Below, piece after piece: positions 11,461 through 25,029 of a stretch of 64,000 bases of DNA (position 1 is its first letter; every line of letters starts with the position of its first letter). This DNA comes from the human T2T-CHM13v2.0 reference genome, Homo sapiens. Made by a program: the position numbers and the translations under genes. The notes under the pieces were generated by a model. The model did not search any database. It had not been told where the DNA came from and saw nothing but the letters and a program-made list of their open reading frames with translations. The stretch lies in the NCBI RefSeq assembly GCF_009914755.1, contig NC_060936.1, one strand, 5' to 3'.

Positions 11461-13101
11461 CGTCAAGAATTGCTATTTTTGTGCAGTTGTGCCTCACATA
11501 TAAGTCAGATGGCTGAGAGGAAGTAACTCAAAATTACTGGGGGCCTGAGGATAGAGAGTCTGCTCGTGGCCAGAGTGGCCTCATGCAGTTTGTTGAAAAC
11601 CCAGGTCATGCTTCCTCACCTAACCCTGGATGCCTGGGCATCAGGAGCAGTTATGAGGGGTATCCAGGAGTATAAAGTAATATCTGAGTAGATGGGAGAG
11701 TGAAATTCAACTGTTAGCATTTTTCATACCAAGGAATTTTTATTAATCTCAATTTACACTTGTGGGGTTTCCAAAAGTGGAGATCTCAGTAAATCTTAGC
11801 AATAGGCCATGGTATAGTCTGTACTGCTTGAGTTCTACGGTGGAAAGGAGAATACCTGCCTACCAAAAACTTAGAAAAATATTTTAGGTAAACTGGATAC
11901 AGAATAATTATGTATTTTTTTTCTCATATTCCATATGGAGAGCTGATAAAATCATCCTCAAAGCATTTTTCTTTTAAATTTAAGACTCAGGTTATCTAGC
12001 AAACAAGATGGAAACAAGTGAAAATACCAGTTTGGAAACTAAAGCAAAAAGATCCTTTGGAAATTCCTAAAACTGTTTTGAGGATCAGTTCAAGTTTGAA
12101 AGAAAGATTTAGTGCTTATTTTTTTCAACTCTTATAAAAATGACTAAACACATTCGTCCTCTGAAGTAGACTCCAGACTTTTGCACCTGGCCAAAAGGAA
12201 GAAACACTTCAGCTCAGATCAACCCAGTTTTTACTGGAATACTTGCGGCAGAACTGAGAAGTGCAGGTATAAGCACAATGACTGGATTATTCCCATCTTC
12301 TGCTTATTTAAGAAGTTAGGCATTATTCTTTCTCATTTGCAGACTTTCTGTTTACTAAACTACAAATAAAAGTGTGCAGAGATATGCTTCAGGTTTCCTA
12401 TTTCTGAAATGCTGTTGGAGATTGCAATTGTACTAAGTTGGAAATTGAGAACTTAATTATTTTAAAATCTAGTCAAGTGAGAGGGAACTATCAACTGCAG
12501 AGATACCAGAGTTTTTTGACATTGTTCCTGGCCTTTGGGGATGAAGTCTAACACTCCCCTTTTACAGTTCTCCCTCTCTTCATTCCCTAAAACCAGAGAG
12601 CTGAACCTATTTGTAAAACATTGTTACTTCAGGCATCTCATGGGGGATGATTAATAAGTAACCATGGTTAAATGATACAAGGAATAAAATAGCTAGTTGC
12701 CAGAAAGACAAAGGTGACCTGGAGAACATCAGAAGATTTTGAGGAAAATAAGGGCTCTAAACAGACGTTATATATTTGCTTTGTTTCTGTCAAATGCTAG
12801 GATCTCAATCAATGCATCCCCAGAACAGTTCAGAGAGTAGAGCTGTGGTAGCATCTGATGATGGGGCTTATTGCAAAATGGGCTATCCACTCTCAAAGTT
12901 AGTGGGTTCCTTACCACAAAATAATTTCTAATGAGAAGAATGATTTCTGCCATGTTAAGGAAACTTGCAAAATAGATGGGTAAGCCCTCACAACTCCTAC
13001 TTACCTGGAAATTATATGATTTATATGTGTTGTTGGATTATTAGAACTTTTTGAGAAAAACACTGAAACCATGTTTTAAAAACAGGTAGGTTCGTTTTAT
13101 A

Positions 13102-13420
13102 GGCTACAACATGGATGAATCTTGAGGACATTATGCTAAATGAAATAAGCTAGTCACAAAAAGACAAACACTGTATAAAACCACTTAAATGAGGTATCAA
13201 ACTCATAGAAACATAAAGTAGAATGGTGGTTGCCAGGGGCTGGGTGAAGGGTCAAATGAGTTGCTGCTCAATGGGTATAGAGTTTGAGTTTTGCAAGATG
13301 AAAACGTTCTGGATATCTATTGTACAATAATAGGAATAAACTTAATGCCAATCAGCGGTGCACGTACAAATGGTTAAGATGGTAAATTTTATGTTTGTGA
13401 TTTTCAACACAATTAAAAAT
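13102..13420 (+). mobile_element. L1MB-type 3' end
   Basis: acatggatgaatcttgaggacattatgctaaatgaaataagctagtcacaaaaagac...aaatggttaagatggtaaattttatg. Confidence 0.85.
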
Positions 13421-13844
13421 TTTTAAAGTATTTTAAAGTGTATACTATTTGCTAAATAAAAGAACTTTGTTTAAAAACCCTGGCAAGACGAACTGAGTAG
13501 AATCATGGAACACAGAGGGTATAGCTGAGTGAGTGTGATTGTAATTAGTAGACTGTTAGTCTTCCACGCAACCTCACAGATCGGAGAATGAGAATCACTA
13601 AGAATCACATTGAGGAGAAAGAACAGCACTTCCTCTGCTCATTTTCTGTGACGTGACCTAGAAAAAGATTTATCATGCAATAATCCAATAGATATTTACG
13701 GAACATGTAGGAAGGGGCCAATAATTATGCTAGGTGGGGATTCAGCAATGAATGCATTTCACACCTCAGTCTATTGTAAATTCCCCTGCTGAGGCTTTCA
13801 GCAACGTTCTAGTTACTAAATTCACTAGAAGCGTGTTTTACAGA

Positions 13845-14740
13845 GCCACATTGATTATTTCCTCCACTTAAAACTTTCTTCTTTATTGGCTTACATATCA
13901 CTCTCCCTGATGTTTATTTTCCTACTTAAGCTGCTTACTCTGCCTTATCCATAAATACTGGTTGGTATTCTTCAGGGTTTCATCTTAGGTCCCCTTTTTC
14001 TCAACACATAGTAAATCCTATCAATGAGCTAATGGCCCCAAATCTTATCTTTAGCTCAAACTTCTTTTTCTGGGCCCCAGAATGCTATATCTTATAAATT
14101 ACTAGATAGCTTTGTTTGAATGTTCCAAACGCAACATGTTTAAGACTCAACTAATTCTCTTTTCCTGATGTTCTTCTATTTTAAACACACTATATTAGAA
14201 AAGGACATTGTCATTAAATTAATTGCCCAAGTCAGAAACTGGAAGTTGTTCTGTATTTCTTCCTCTACCCTATCCTCATCTAGAATGAGTCAACATGGCC
14301 TGTTCATTTTATTTCCTTAACACTTCTTAAAAATGACCCCGCCTCTCCTTCATCCTTTCTGTCCCTTCTTGAGTTCTCGTTTGATGGCCTCATTTAAGTT
14401 ATTTCAATAGACTCCTTATTAGTTTCTGTACAACTAGCTTTGCCTTCCCTTAATGCATCTGATACATTGCTATCAGAATAGTCTTAACACGCAAATATGA
14501 TTCTATTGTTTTCTTTGTGCAAAATTCTTTAGTGGCTCCTGGTTACCTGTAAGATAAACTCTTCACACTTTTTCAGTGTCTTGGATTTTCCCTTGTCCCT
14601 CTTTTCAAGCACCATCTCCTACTTATATTACCTTTGCATCCTATTCTTAAGCAAAATTCAACTCCTTAGTGTGAGAACACACAGGCTTGCTTTTGTTTCT
14701 GTACTATTTCCTTTGATTGGAGTATTTTCCTGCAAACTGT
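13845..14740 (+). mobile_element. L2 LINE (3' part of ORF2)
   Basis: Pyrimidine-rich diverged L2 motifs (cttcagggtttcatcttaggtccc; caaatcttatctttagctcaaac; caagtcagaaactggaag). Confidence 0.6.
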
Positions 14741-14849
14741 CCTGTGAGCCCTTTTATAAAAGAGAATGTACTTTTCAGAGCATAGTCTTTTTGTAGGTGG
14801 TTCATGACTATGGTTTTATTATTTTGTTGATTTTAAAAGTACACATGGT

Positions 14850-16225
14850 CTGGACAGACATCTCACCAAAGAAGATGTACAGATGGGAAATAAGCATATA
14901 AAAAGATGCTCAACATCATAGCTCATTAGGTAATTGCAAATTAAAATAACGATGAGATACCACTATATATCACTTTAGAATGGCTAAAATCCTAAACATA
15001 AAATGCTGGATGAGGATGTGAAGTAATAGCCACTCTCATTCATTGTTGGCGGGTCTGAAAAATAGCACAGCCACTTTGGTAGACAGTTTGGCGGTTTCTC
15101 CCAAAGCTAACCTTACTCTTACCATATGTAAGAGTAATCCATCAATCACACTCACAGCTATTTACCCAATTGGGTTGTAAACTTATGTCCACACAAAAAC
15201 CTGCATATGAGTGTTTATAGCAGCTTTATTCATTACTATAGTTGGATGCTTGTCCCTATCCAAATCTCTGTTGAATTGTAATGCTAATGGTGGTGGCCGG
15301 TGGGAGGTGTTTGGGTCATGGGGGCGGATTCCCTATGGCTTGGTGGTATCTTTATAATAGTGAGTGAGTTCACACAGCACCTGGTCATTTAAAAGTGTTT
15401 GAGACCTTCCCCTCTACTCTCTCTCTCTCTCTCTCCTGCTACATGATTGAAAGTTCCCTGAGGCTTCACTAGAAGCTAAACAGATGCTGGCACCATGCTT
15501 GCTGTAAAGCCTAAGGAACTGTGAGCCAATAAATCCTCTTTTCTTTATAAATTACCCAGTCTCAGGTATTTCTCTATAGCAATGCAAGAATGGCCTAATA
15601 CACTCATAATTGGCAAAACTTGGAAGCAACTCAGATATCTTTATAAAGGTGAATAGATAAACTATGGTACATTCACATAGTTGAATATTATTCAGTGATA
15701 AAAAGAAACAAGATATCAAGCTATGAAAAGACATGGAGAAACTTAAATGCATATTGTTATGTGGAAAAAGCTAATCAGAAAAAAGCTACATACTGTGTGA
15801 ATCCACTTATATGATATTCTGAACAAGGCCAAACTTTGCAGACAGTAAAATGATCAGTGGTTGCCAGGGTTTTGGGAGAGAGAGGGAGGAGAAGAGAGAT
15901 GAATAGGTAGAACACAGGAGAACTTTAGGGCAGTGAAACTATTTTGTATGATGCTTTAATGCTGGATACATGTAATTTTACATGTGTCAAATTCCACAGA
16001 ATGTACAAAACAAAGAGTGAACCCTAATACAAACTGTAAGCTTTAGTTAATAATAAGTTATGAATACTGGCTCATCAACTGTAACAAGTGTACTATACAA
16101 ATGCAAGATGTTGATAATAGGGGAAATTAAGGGGTGGGAGGGCTGATAGGTCATGTGAATGCTCTAAACTTTAGGCTCAATTTTTCTGTGACCCTTAAAC
16201 CTATTAAAAAGTAAGTTTTATTAAT
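14850..16225 (+). mobile_element. L1MC1/2-like 3' region, interrupted by MST LTR
   Basis: acagacatctcaccaaagaagat...aagatgctcaacatc (ORF2 end); aagagtgaaccctaat (L1MC 3'UTR). Confidence 0.8.
15234..15602 (+). mobile_element. MSTB-like solo LTR (ERVL-MaLR)
   Basis: Ends ataaattacccagtctcaggtatttctctatagcaatgcaagaatggcctaataca; 5-bp TSD ttcat/ctcat. Confidence 0.9.
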
Positions 16226-16649
16226 GATATATTTTAAGAGTATACTTCAAATCCTGAAAACTGGCAAGAAATTAGTGTACTTAACCATATATGGCTGCTT
16301 TATTATGAATCTTCTCTTATGTACTAAACACAGATTCTAAGAAAATAAAAATGATGTTAGTGAAACATACACAGACATTTTTTCTTGGTATTGATTGTTA
16401 GTGTCAAGCATTACAGGGAAATAATTGGTGATTCAGAGGATATTTATGGAAATTTTATCTTTCTATGGAGTGGGATAGATTCTTAAATGAACCAGCACTG
16501 CCATACCACTGGAAGCAAAGAAATCATCTGCTGTTTAAAGAAAGGAAAAGTATTAATTAATATCTGCACATCTTCTAAGAAGAAAACACTAATGATCATA
16601 ACATTACTTTTGAAAAAACAATATTAATTATAATAATGATGATGATGAT

Positions 16650-16800
16650 AATGATCACAGTAGTCAGCATTTGTTTAAAGCCTACTATGTGCCAGGAACT
16701 AAGCATTTTTACTCATGAGGTAGGTATCATCTGTATGATTCCGATTTTCCAGATGAAGGCTCACAAGGGTTATGTCTCTTGTTGAAGACCACAGAGCCAT
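16650..16800 (-). mobile_element. MIR SINE fragment
   Basis: agcctactatgtgccagg...tgagggtaggtatc...ttttccagatgaaggctca. Confidence 0.6.
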
Positions 16801-16803
16801 TTA

Positions 16804-17016
<213 letters not shown>

Positions 17017-18109
17017 CTAAAAGCCTTTGGGAGTATCCTTACTACTGCCTCTTAGCAAATGTCGAAACAGAGAATTTGGAAGAGTAGGAAGATGCTTTAC
17101 AGTTCTAATTTCTTACTTGACACACCAAACATCTGTCATTTCTTTACTCCTAAAGCTTTTCCTTATTTCAAGGAATTTATGCCATTTCAGCCAAAAAGGG
17201 AGAGCTTTGTTATAGTTATTTAAATGCCAGATCTTTTGCTTCATCATTTCTATATGAAATCACAGCAAGGAGAAAGCTACGTGAAAAATAGATATCTGAT
17301 AAGCATTCTTGGCCTTGTGTAACATTTTCTCCTTGAATTTAAAGAGAGGGAAAATAATATATATCTCTCAGTGAATGTAAGAAGGAGGAAATATCTAAAC
17401 CTCAGATCGCTTTGTTAGAGATTCACACAAAGCCATCGAATAAACATGGGACTGCTTTTTGCAGAACTGAAGCTTCTTTGCCGGCTTAGACTAAATCCAA
17501 GATGATGCTGGGGCAGGGTTTGTGAACAGGGAATTCAATATCTTGATGTTCCTAACATGATAGAGCACAACCAGACTAACACCGCTTACAAAAGCCATTT
17601 GGCGCTGCTAGATTGCAGAACAAACCTTGAAGGGAAAGTTAAATGGATGACTCAGAGCCTCTTTCCTTTTTGCAGCCAGTCACACCAGGGCAGTGGAGTT
17701 TCAGTGAATTTTCCCTTTGAATAAAGATAAAAATGTTCTGACTTAACATTTCACCATGTTTTATTCTTCCTCAAACACTTTTGTATTTTATCCTCATAAC
17801 AAATCTGCAGTGATGGTAAGACAGATTATGTTATTCACATTTAACCAAGAAAAAAACAGACCCAACAAGGTTGTTCGGGCTAAATTCAGGGAGTTAATAA
17901 GGGGGATGGGCATGGGGAATTAGACTAGAACTCTGAATGCTTAGACTGGTACATTACTTGTTAGGTCGAAGCAAATGGAGAAACAGAACGGGACCTCACA
18001 GCTCATAATCTCAAGGTCTAATAAGGATACATGAAGTGCAGAAACAAGCAGAAGGAGAAGAGACTATTCCAAACCTACCAGACTTAACCCCTAGATTCAT
18101 AGAAGAAAT

Positions 18110-18420
18110 GCTCTATTTTGGGTTTCTCAGAAATAGACCCTCATATAAGGATTTCAGTGCAAGAAGTTTGATTGGGAGGTGATGATTTCAGGAAGAAACA
18201 GTTGCGAAGTGGGAAACTGAGAAAAGAAAGGAAAGTCAGTTAATAAAGGGTGCATGACCAACCAGAGCTTAATTCTACAGGGGAACTCTGAGAGTCAGTG
18301 TTGAAAATACGCTTTATAGGTAGCTCATCCAAGAGGTGCAGGTTAAGGATGCTGGAGAGAGAAAGTTGAAAATATTTATTTTCAGGTAATGGCACTTCTC
18401 CCCGTACCAATTCCCATCCC
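18110..18420 (-). mobile_element. LTR16-like (ERVL) fragment
   Basis: gggtttctcagaaatagaccctc...aaggatttcagtgcaagaagtttgattgggaggtgat resembles the antisense LTR16 end. Confidence 0.55.
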
Positions 18421-18449
18421 ATATGCAAAGACTCTTGGCTTCCAGACCA

Positions 18450-18635
18450 TGATATGTATATGTAAATATGTGTATATATGCATGTGTGTATAAATATATA
18501 TAAAATCTCTGTCTGTATGTATAAACACACATTCATATATATACACACTTCATATACCCACACAGATATATGATAGATATGTATATATAACATAATACAT
18601 GTATTATCTATATGTGTACTATGTATGTATATATA
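18450..18635. repeat. degenerate (TA)/(TATG)n low-complexity tract
   Basis: Alternating purine-pyrimidine tatgtatatg/cacatata run. Confidence 0.85.
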
Positions 18636-18734
18636 AAATTTTCAGTAACATGAGGTATAGGGTAGTATTAATTTCTGTGTTTTTGTGTTTACGTAAATTA
18701 CATGGCAACATAGATACCATTTGATTTTTTACTT

Positions 18735-21180
18735 TTAATTAACTTTTTAATTTGGAGATTATTATAGATTCATATGCAATAATAAAGAGAGATCCTATAT
18801 ACACTTTAATCAAATTTCCCCAATGGTAATATCTTCTAAAACTATAGTACAATATTGACACCAATATACCAATATATAGTACATTTTAATCACCACAGAG
18901 ACCTCTCGTGTTGCCTGTTTACAGCCACACCTCCTTCCCTCATACTGTCCCCTACCTTTATCCTCTTTAACAGTTGAAAAAACCATTGATCTGTTCTATA
19001 TCTCTGTTATTTTGTTATTTTAAGAATGTTGCATAGTATGAACTTATTAAGATTGAATTTTTAAAATCAGTATAATTCTCTGGAAATTAATTCAAGTTGT
19101 TGCATGTACCAGTAGTTCATTTATTTTCATGGTTAAGAAACATTCTATGGTATAATAGAGTTTGTTACATCAAAAGACATCTGGGATTTTTCTCCCTTCT
19201 TGCTGTTACAAATAGAGCTAATATGACCATTTCTGTGCAGGTTTCTGTGTGAACTAAAGTTTTCATCTCTCTGTGATAGATATCGAGGAGTACAAATGCT
19301 GGGCTATATGATAGTATCACGTTTAGTTTTTTATTTAACTGCAAACTGTTTTTCAGAGGCCTTTGCCAGATATGTGACTTGCAAATATTTTCTCTGAGTC
19401 TGTAACTTGTCCCTTCTGTCATTTTACAGGATATTCGGAGGATCAAAGATCTTAATTTTGATGAGGGCTAATTTATCAGTTTTTCCTCTTACAAATTATA
19501 CTTTTGGTGTTGAGTCTAAGAAGAAACTTGACTAGTCCCAGGTTCCACGTACTTTCTCTTACGTTCTTTCTATAAATGTTAAAATTTCAGCCAGCTGCAG
19601 TGGCTCATGCCTGTATCCTACAGCTTTGGGAGACTAAGGTGGGAGAATCACTTGAGGCCAGGAGTTCAAGACCAGCCTGGGCAAGACAACAAGAACTTAC
19701 CTTTACAAAACATTTTAGCTGGGAGTGGTGGCACATACCTGTAGTCCTAGCTACTTGAGAGGCTGAGGCAGAAGGATGGCTTGAGCCTAGGAGTTTGAGG
19801 TTACAGTGAGCTGTGATCAAGCCACTGTACTCCAACCTGGGTGAGAGAGCAAGACCCTGTTTCTAAAAATAAACAAGTAAATGTTAAAATTTCACATTTT
19901 ACATTCAAGTTTATGCTTCGTTTTTGTATAAGTTAACTTTATATAAGGTGTGAGATATAGGTCAGGTTTTCTTTATCATCAACGGATGCCCGGTTTCTTC
20001 AGCACCATTTATTGAAAAGGCAATTTTTCCTCCATTGAACATTTTCTCCTTTGTCAAGAACTAATTTGGATATATTTGTGTGGGCCGACTTCTGGATTCC
20101 CTATTCTAGTCCATTAATCTTTGTGTCTATCTCTCTGTCAGTGTCATACTCTGTTGATTACCTCAGCTATATAGTAAGTCTGAATATCAAGGAGAGTAAT
20201 TTATCCCACTCCATTTTTATTTTTCAAATTATTTTGAAAAATAAAGGTCTAGGGCCTTTCCCTTTTCATATAAATTTTAGAATAGGCTTGTCATATTCTA
20301 AATTGTCTACATGAAACTTGCTGATATTTTGACGGAAATTATGATAAACATATAGATAAATTTAGGGAAATTGATATCTTAATTATGTGGAGTTTTCCAG
20401 TCCATGAAAATGGTATGTTCTCACCAAGTATTTAAGTTTTCTTTGATTTTTTCCTCAATATTTTATAATTTTCACTACAGATCCCATACATGTTTTGTTA
20501 CATTTATACCAAAATATTTCATTTTCTTTTAAGAAATTGTTAATAGTATTACATATTTTAGTTTCCACTTGTTCTTTGTCAATATACAGAAATACATTGA
20601 GTTTTGTGCACTAATCATTTATCATAGATTCTGTGACCCTATTAAACTGCTCTGGTGGGGGTGGTTTTTTGGAGATTTCTTGGAACTTTGTATATAGACA
20701 TGATGTCATTTGCACATAGACATAGATTCATTTATTTCCCAATTTGTATTATTTTTGTTTCTTTTTCATGCTTTGTTACTGCAAAGGCTAAAATTTATAG
20801 TACCATGTTAAATAATAGTGATGGAAATAGATATCCTTGCCTTGTTTCTGATCTTAGAGGGAAAGGATTCAACCTTTAACCATTAAGCGTGATTTTTGCT
20901 GTAGATTATTTGTAGATACTCTTTATAAGGTTGGAATAGTTGCCCTCTATTTCTAGTATACTGAGAGTTTTTATCATATATAGAAGTTAAATGTTGTTTA
21001 ATGCTCTTTTCTGTGTCAATTGATATGATTATGTAATTTTTCTTCTTTAGTCAGTTGTTTCGATAAATTATGTTGGTTGATTTTTGAATATTGAACATAT
21101 TTGCATATGTGGAATAAAGTCCACTTGGCCATGATGTATTATGACATTTGGTTAAATTTGTTAAGATTTTATTGAATTCT
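18735..21180 (-). mobile_element. old L1 (L1MD-like) 3'UTR and part of ORF2
   Basis: Antisense L1M 3' end (ataaagagagatcctatatacacttt...aaaactatagtacaata) and ORF2 motifs (ccttgccttgtttctgatcttagaggg). Confidence 0.8.
19590..19877 (+). mobile_element. AluJ (Jo/Jr-like)
   Basis: Full dimer with J diagnostics; 17-bp TSD taaatgttaaaatttca at 19573-19589 and 19878-19894. Confidence 0.95.
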
Positions 21181-23767
21181 GCTTTTGACTAGGATATGGG
21201 TTACAGATACGTGGAAGCTATGACCAACAGATTTCATTTTTCCTGTCAGGTGTGGACTGCCCTAATTGTGTAAAGGTAAAAGTGATTTTAGGGGTACTGG
21301 AAAGGGTCTTACCATAATGTTCTCATGCTTTCTGATGACTAAAAAATTTTAAGAAGGAATAAATTATTTTATTCCACAGTCAGAAATAAACAACTTGAAT
21401 TTTAAAAATCTATGGGCAAAATAGTATATTGGCACGTTTTATTTAACCCTGGGGGAAGTAGTGATAGACATCTCCAACTTTGGCTACCGTGAACAGCAAT
21501 GTGTAGAAATGTTGGCTATTTGCCACTCCCCCTTGTCACCCATTATCCCTCTATTTCTCTTCTCTGACTCTTTCTTTCATTTTTCTTTTATTTTAGGTTT
21601 AGGTTCAGGGGGTACATGTGGAGGTTTGTTACATGGGTAAATTGAGAGTCATGGGGGCTTGATGTACAGATTATTTCATCACCCAGGTATTAACAGGTTA
21701 TTTCATCAGCCAGGTAATCCACTATCTGATGGATAGCTTTTCATTCCTCACCCACCTCCAACCCTCCACCCTGCCGTTTATTGTTTGCTACTTTGCAGGC
21801 CCTGGTGTTTATTGTTCCCTGCTTTGTGTCCACGTATACTAAATAATTAGCTCCCAATTATAAGTGAGAACATGCGATATTTGGTTTTCCGGTCCTGCAT
21901 TAATTCACTTAGGATAATGGCCTGCAGCTGCATCCATGTTGCTTCCAAGAACATGATCTAGTTCTTTTTCATGGCTGCATGGTATTCCATGACATATGTG
22001 TAACATATTTTCTTTATTCAGTCCACCATTGATGAGCATTTAGGTTGATTCCATGTCTTTGCTATTGTGAATATTGCTTCAATGAACATATATGTGAATG
22101 TGTTTTTATGGTAAAACTATATTCCTTTGGGTATATACCCAGTAATGGGATTGCTGGGTTGAATAGTAGTTCTAAGTTATTTGAGAAATCTCCAAACCGC
22201 TTTCCACAGTGGCTGAACTAATTTATATTCCCACCAGCAGTGTATAATTGTTTCTCCACAACTTGCCAGCACCTGTTATTTTTTGACTTTTTAATAATAG
22301 CCATTCTGACTGATGTGAGATGGTATCTCATTGTGGTTTTGATTTGCATTCTCTAATAATCAGTGATATTAAGCTTTTTTCATATGTTTGTTGACTGCAT
22401 GTATGTTTTCTTTTGAAAAGCATCCTTTGATGTCCTATGATCATTTTTTAATGGAGTTGTTTGTTTTTTGCTTGTTAATTTGTGTAAGTTCCTTGTAGAT
22501 TCCTGATATTAGACCTTTGTCAGATGCACAGTTTGTGAATATTTTCTCCCATTCTGTAGGTTCTCTGTTTACTCTGTTGCTAGTTTCTTTTGCTGTGCAG
22601 AAGCTCTTTAGTTTAATTAGATCCAATTTGTCAATTTTGGTTTTAGTTGCAATTTCTTTTGGCACCTATCATGAAATCTTCACTAGGGCCTATCTCCAGA
22701 ATGATATTTTCCAGGTTTTCTTCTAGGGTTTTTAAAATTTGGGGTTTTACATTTAAGTCTTAATCCATCTTGAGTTGATTTTTCTATATGTTGAAAGGAA
22801 GGGGTCCAGTTCTAATCTTCTGCATATGGCTAGCCAGTTATCCCAGCACCATTTATTGAATAGGGAGTCCTCTCCCCATTGATTGTTTTTGTCAAGTTTA
22901 TCAAAGATCAGATGGTTGTAGGTATGTGACTTTATTTCTGGGCTTTTTATTCTGTTCCATTGGTCTATGTGTTTGTTTTTGTACTAGTACCATACTGTTT
23001 TGGTTACTGTAGCCTCATAATATAGTTCGAAGTTGGGTAATGTGATGCCTCTGGCTTTGTTCATTTTGTTTAGGATTGCTTTGCCTATTCAGACTCTTTT
23101 GTGGTTTCAAATGAATTTTAGAATAGTTTTTTTTAATTCTGTGAAAAAACGTCACTGGTAGTTTGATAGAAATAACAGTGAATCTGTAAATTGTTGAGGA
23201 GTATGGCCATTTTAACAATATTGATTATTCCTGTCCACAGGCATGACATGTTTTTTCCATTTGTTTGTGTCATCTGTGATTTTTTTCAGCAGTGTTTCAT
23301 AATTCTTATTGTAGAATTCACCTCCCTGGCTAGCTATATTCCTAGGTGTTTTGTTATTTTTTTGTGTGGCTATTGTGGGGATTGCATTCTTAATTTGGCT
23401 GTCAGCTTGCATGTGGGTATACAAAAATGCTATTGATTTTTGTACATTGATTTTTTATCCTGAAACTTTGCTGAAGTTGTTTATGAGACATATGAGCTTT
23501 GGGCTGAGACTATGGGGTTTTCTAGATACAAAATTATATTGTGTGCAACAGAGATAGTTTGACTTCCTCTCCTCCCAGGTGGATGCCTTTAATTTCTTTT
23601 TCTTGCCCAATTGCTCTGGCTAGGACTTGCAGTACTATGTTGAATAGGAGTGGTAAGAGAGGTTATCCTTGTCTTGTTCCGGTTTTCAAGGGGAATGCTT
23701 CCTGCTTTTGCCCATTCAGTATGATGTTGGTTGTGGGTTTGTTACACATGCCTCTTATTATTTTGAG

Positions 23768-24370
23768 TTATGTTCCTTCAGTATCTAGTTTGCTGAGGTT
23801 TTTTTTTTTTTTTAACATGAAGGGATGTTGAATTTTATCAAAAGCCTTTTCTGTGTCTATTGAGATGATCATATGGTTTCTGTTTTTAGTTCTGTTTATG
23901 TGGTGAATCACATTTATTGATTTGTGTATACTGAACCAACCTTTCATCTCAGGATTAAAGCTTACTTGATCATGGCAGATTAGCTTTTTGATGTGCTGCT
24001 GGATTTGGTTTGCTAGTATTTTGTTGAGGATTTTTGCATATGTGTTCATTAGGGATATTGGCCTAAAGTTTTCTTTGTGTGTGTGTGTGTCTGCCATGTT
24101 CTGATATCGGAATGATGCTGGCCTCATAGAATGAATTGGGGAGAAGTCCCTCCTCCTCAATTTTTGTAATAGTTTCAGTAGGATTCGTATCAGCTCTTCT
24201 TTATATGCATGGCAGAATTCAGCTGTGAATTCATCTGGTCCAGTGATTTTTATGGTTGGTAGGCTTTTTATTACTGATTCAATCTTGAAACCCATTATTG
24301 ATCTATTCAGGGTTTCTATTTCTTCCTGTTTCAATCTTGGGAGGTTGTATGTTTCCAGGAATTTATTCAT
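23768..24370 (-). pseudogene. L1 ORF2 reverse transcriptase remnant
   Basis: [13 protein letters not shown]...GPDEFTAEF...[10 protein letters not shown]...KILNKILAN...[14 protein letters not shown]; frame-disrupted. Confidence 0.9.
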
Positions 24371-24717
24371 TTCATCTAGATTTTCTAGTTTGTGTGCATA
24401 GAGGTGTTCATAATAGTCTCTGAGGGGTATTTTTTTTGTATTTTTGTGGGGTCATTGGTAATGTTCCCTTTGTCATTTCTGATTGTGTTTATTTGGATCT
24501 TCTCTTTTTCTTTATTAGTCTGTCTAGCAGTCTATCAGTCTTATGTACTGTTTCAAGGAACCAACTTTTGTTGATCTTTTGTATGGTTTTATATGTCTCA
24601 GTTTCATTCAGTTCAGCACTGATTTTGATTATTTCTTTTCTTCTGCTAGCTTTGGAGTTGGTTTGCTCTTGTTTTTCTGGTTCCTCTAGGTAATGTTAAG
24701 TTGTTAATTTGAGATCT

Positions 24718-25029
24718 TTATAACTTTTTGATGTGGTCATTTGGTGCTATAAACTTTCCTTTTAACGTTGCTTTAGCTGTGTCCCAGAGATTCTGGTATG
24801 TTGTGTCTTTGTTTTTATGAGTTTCAAAGAATTTCTTGATTTCTGCCTTAATTTCATTGTTTACCCAAAAGTCATTCAGAAACACGTTGTTTAATTTGCA
24901 CGTAATTGTATAGTTTTGAGTGATCTTCTTAGTATTGATTTCCATTTTCATTGTGCTATGGTCCAAGAGTGTGGTTGGTATGATTTCGATTTTTTTGAAT
25001 TTGTTGAGAATGGTTTTATGGCTGATCAT
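24718..25029 (-). pseudogene. L1 ORF2 endonuclease C-terminus/linker remnant
   Basis: [13 protein letters not shown]...[20 protein letters not shown]...[12 protein letters not shown]. Confidence 0.9.

Noticed and set aside
12999-13007. Perfect minus-strand donor CAG|GTAAGT
   Set aside because: No convincing ORF or partner exon; an isolated 9-mer is insufficient.
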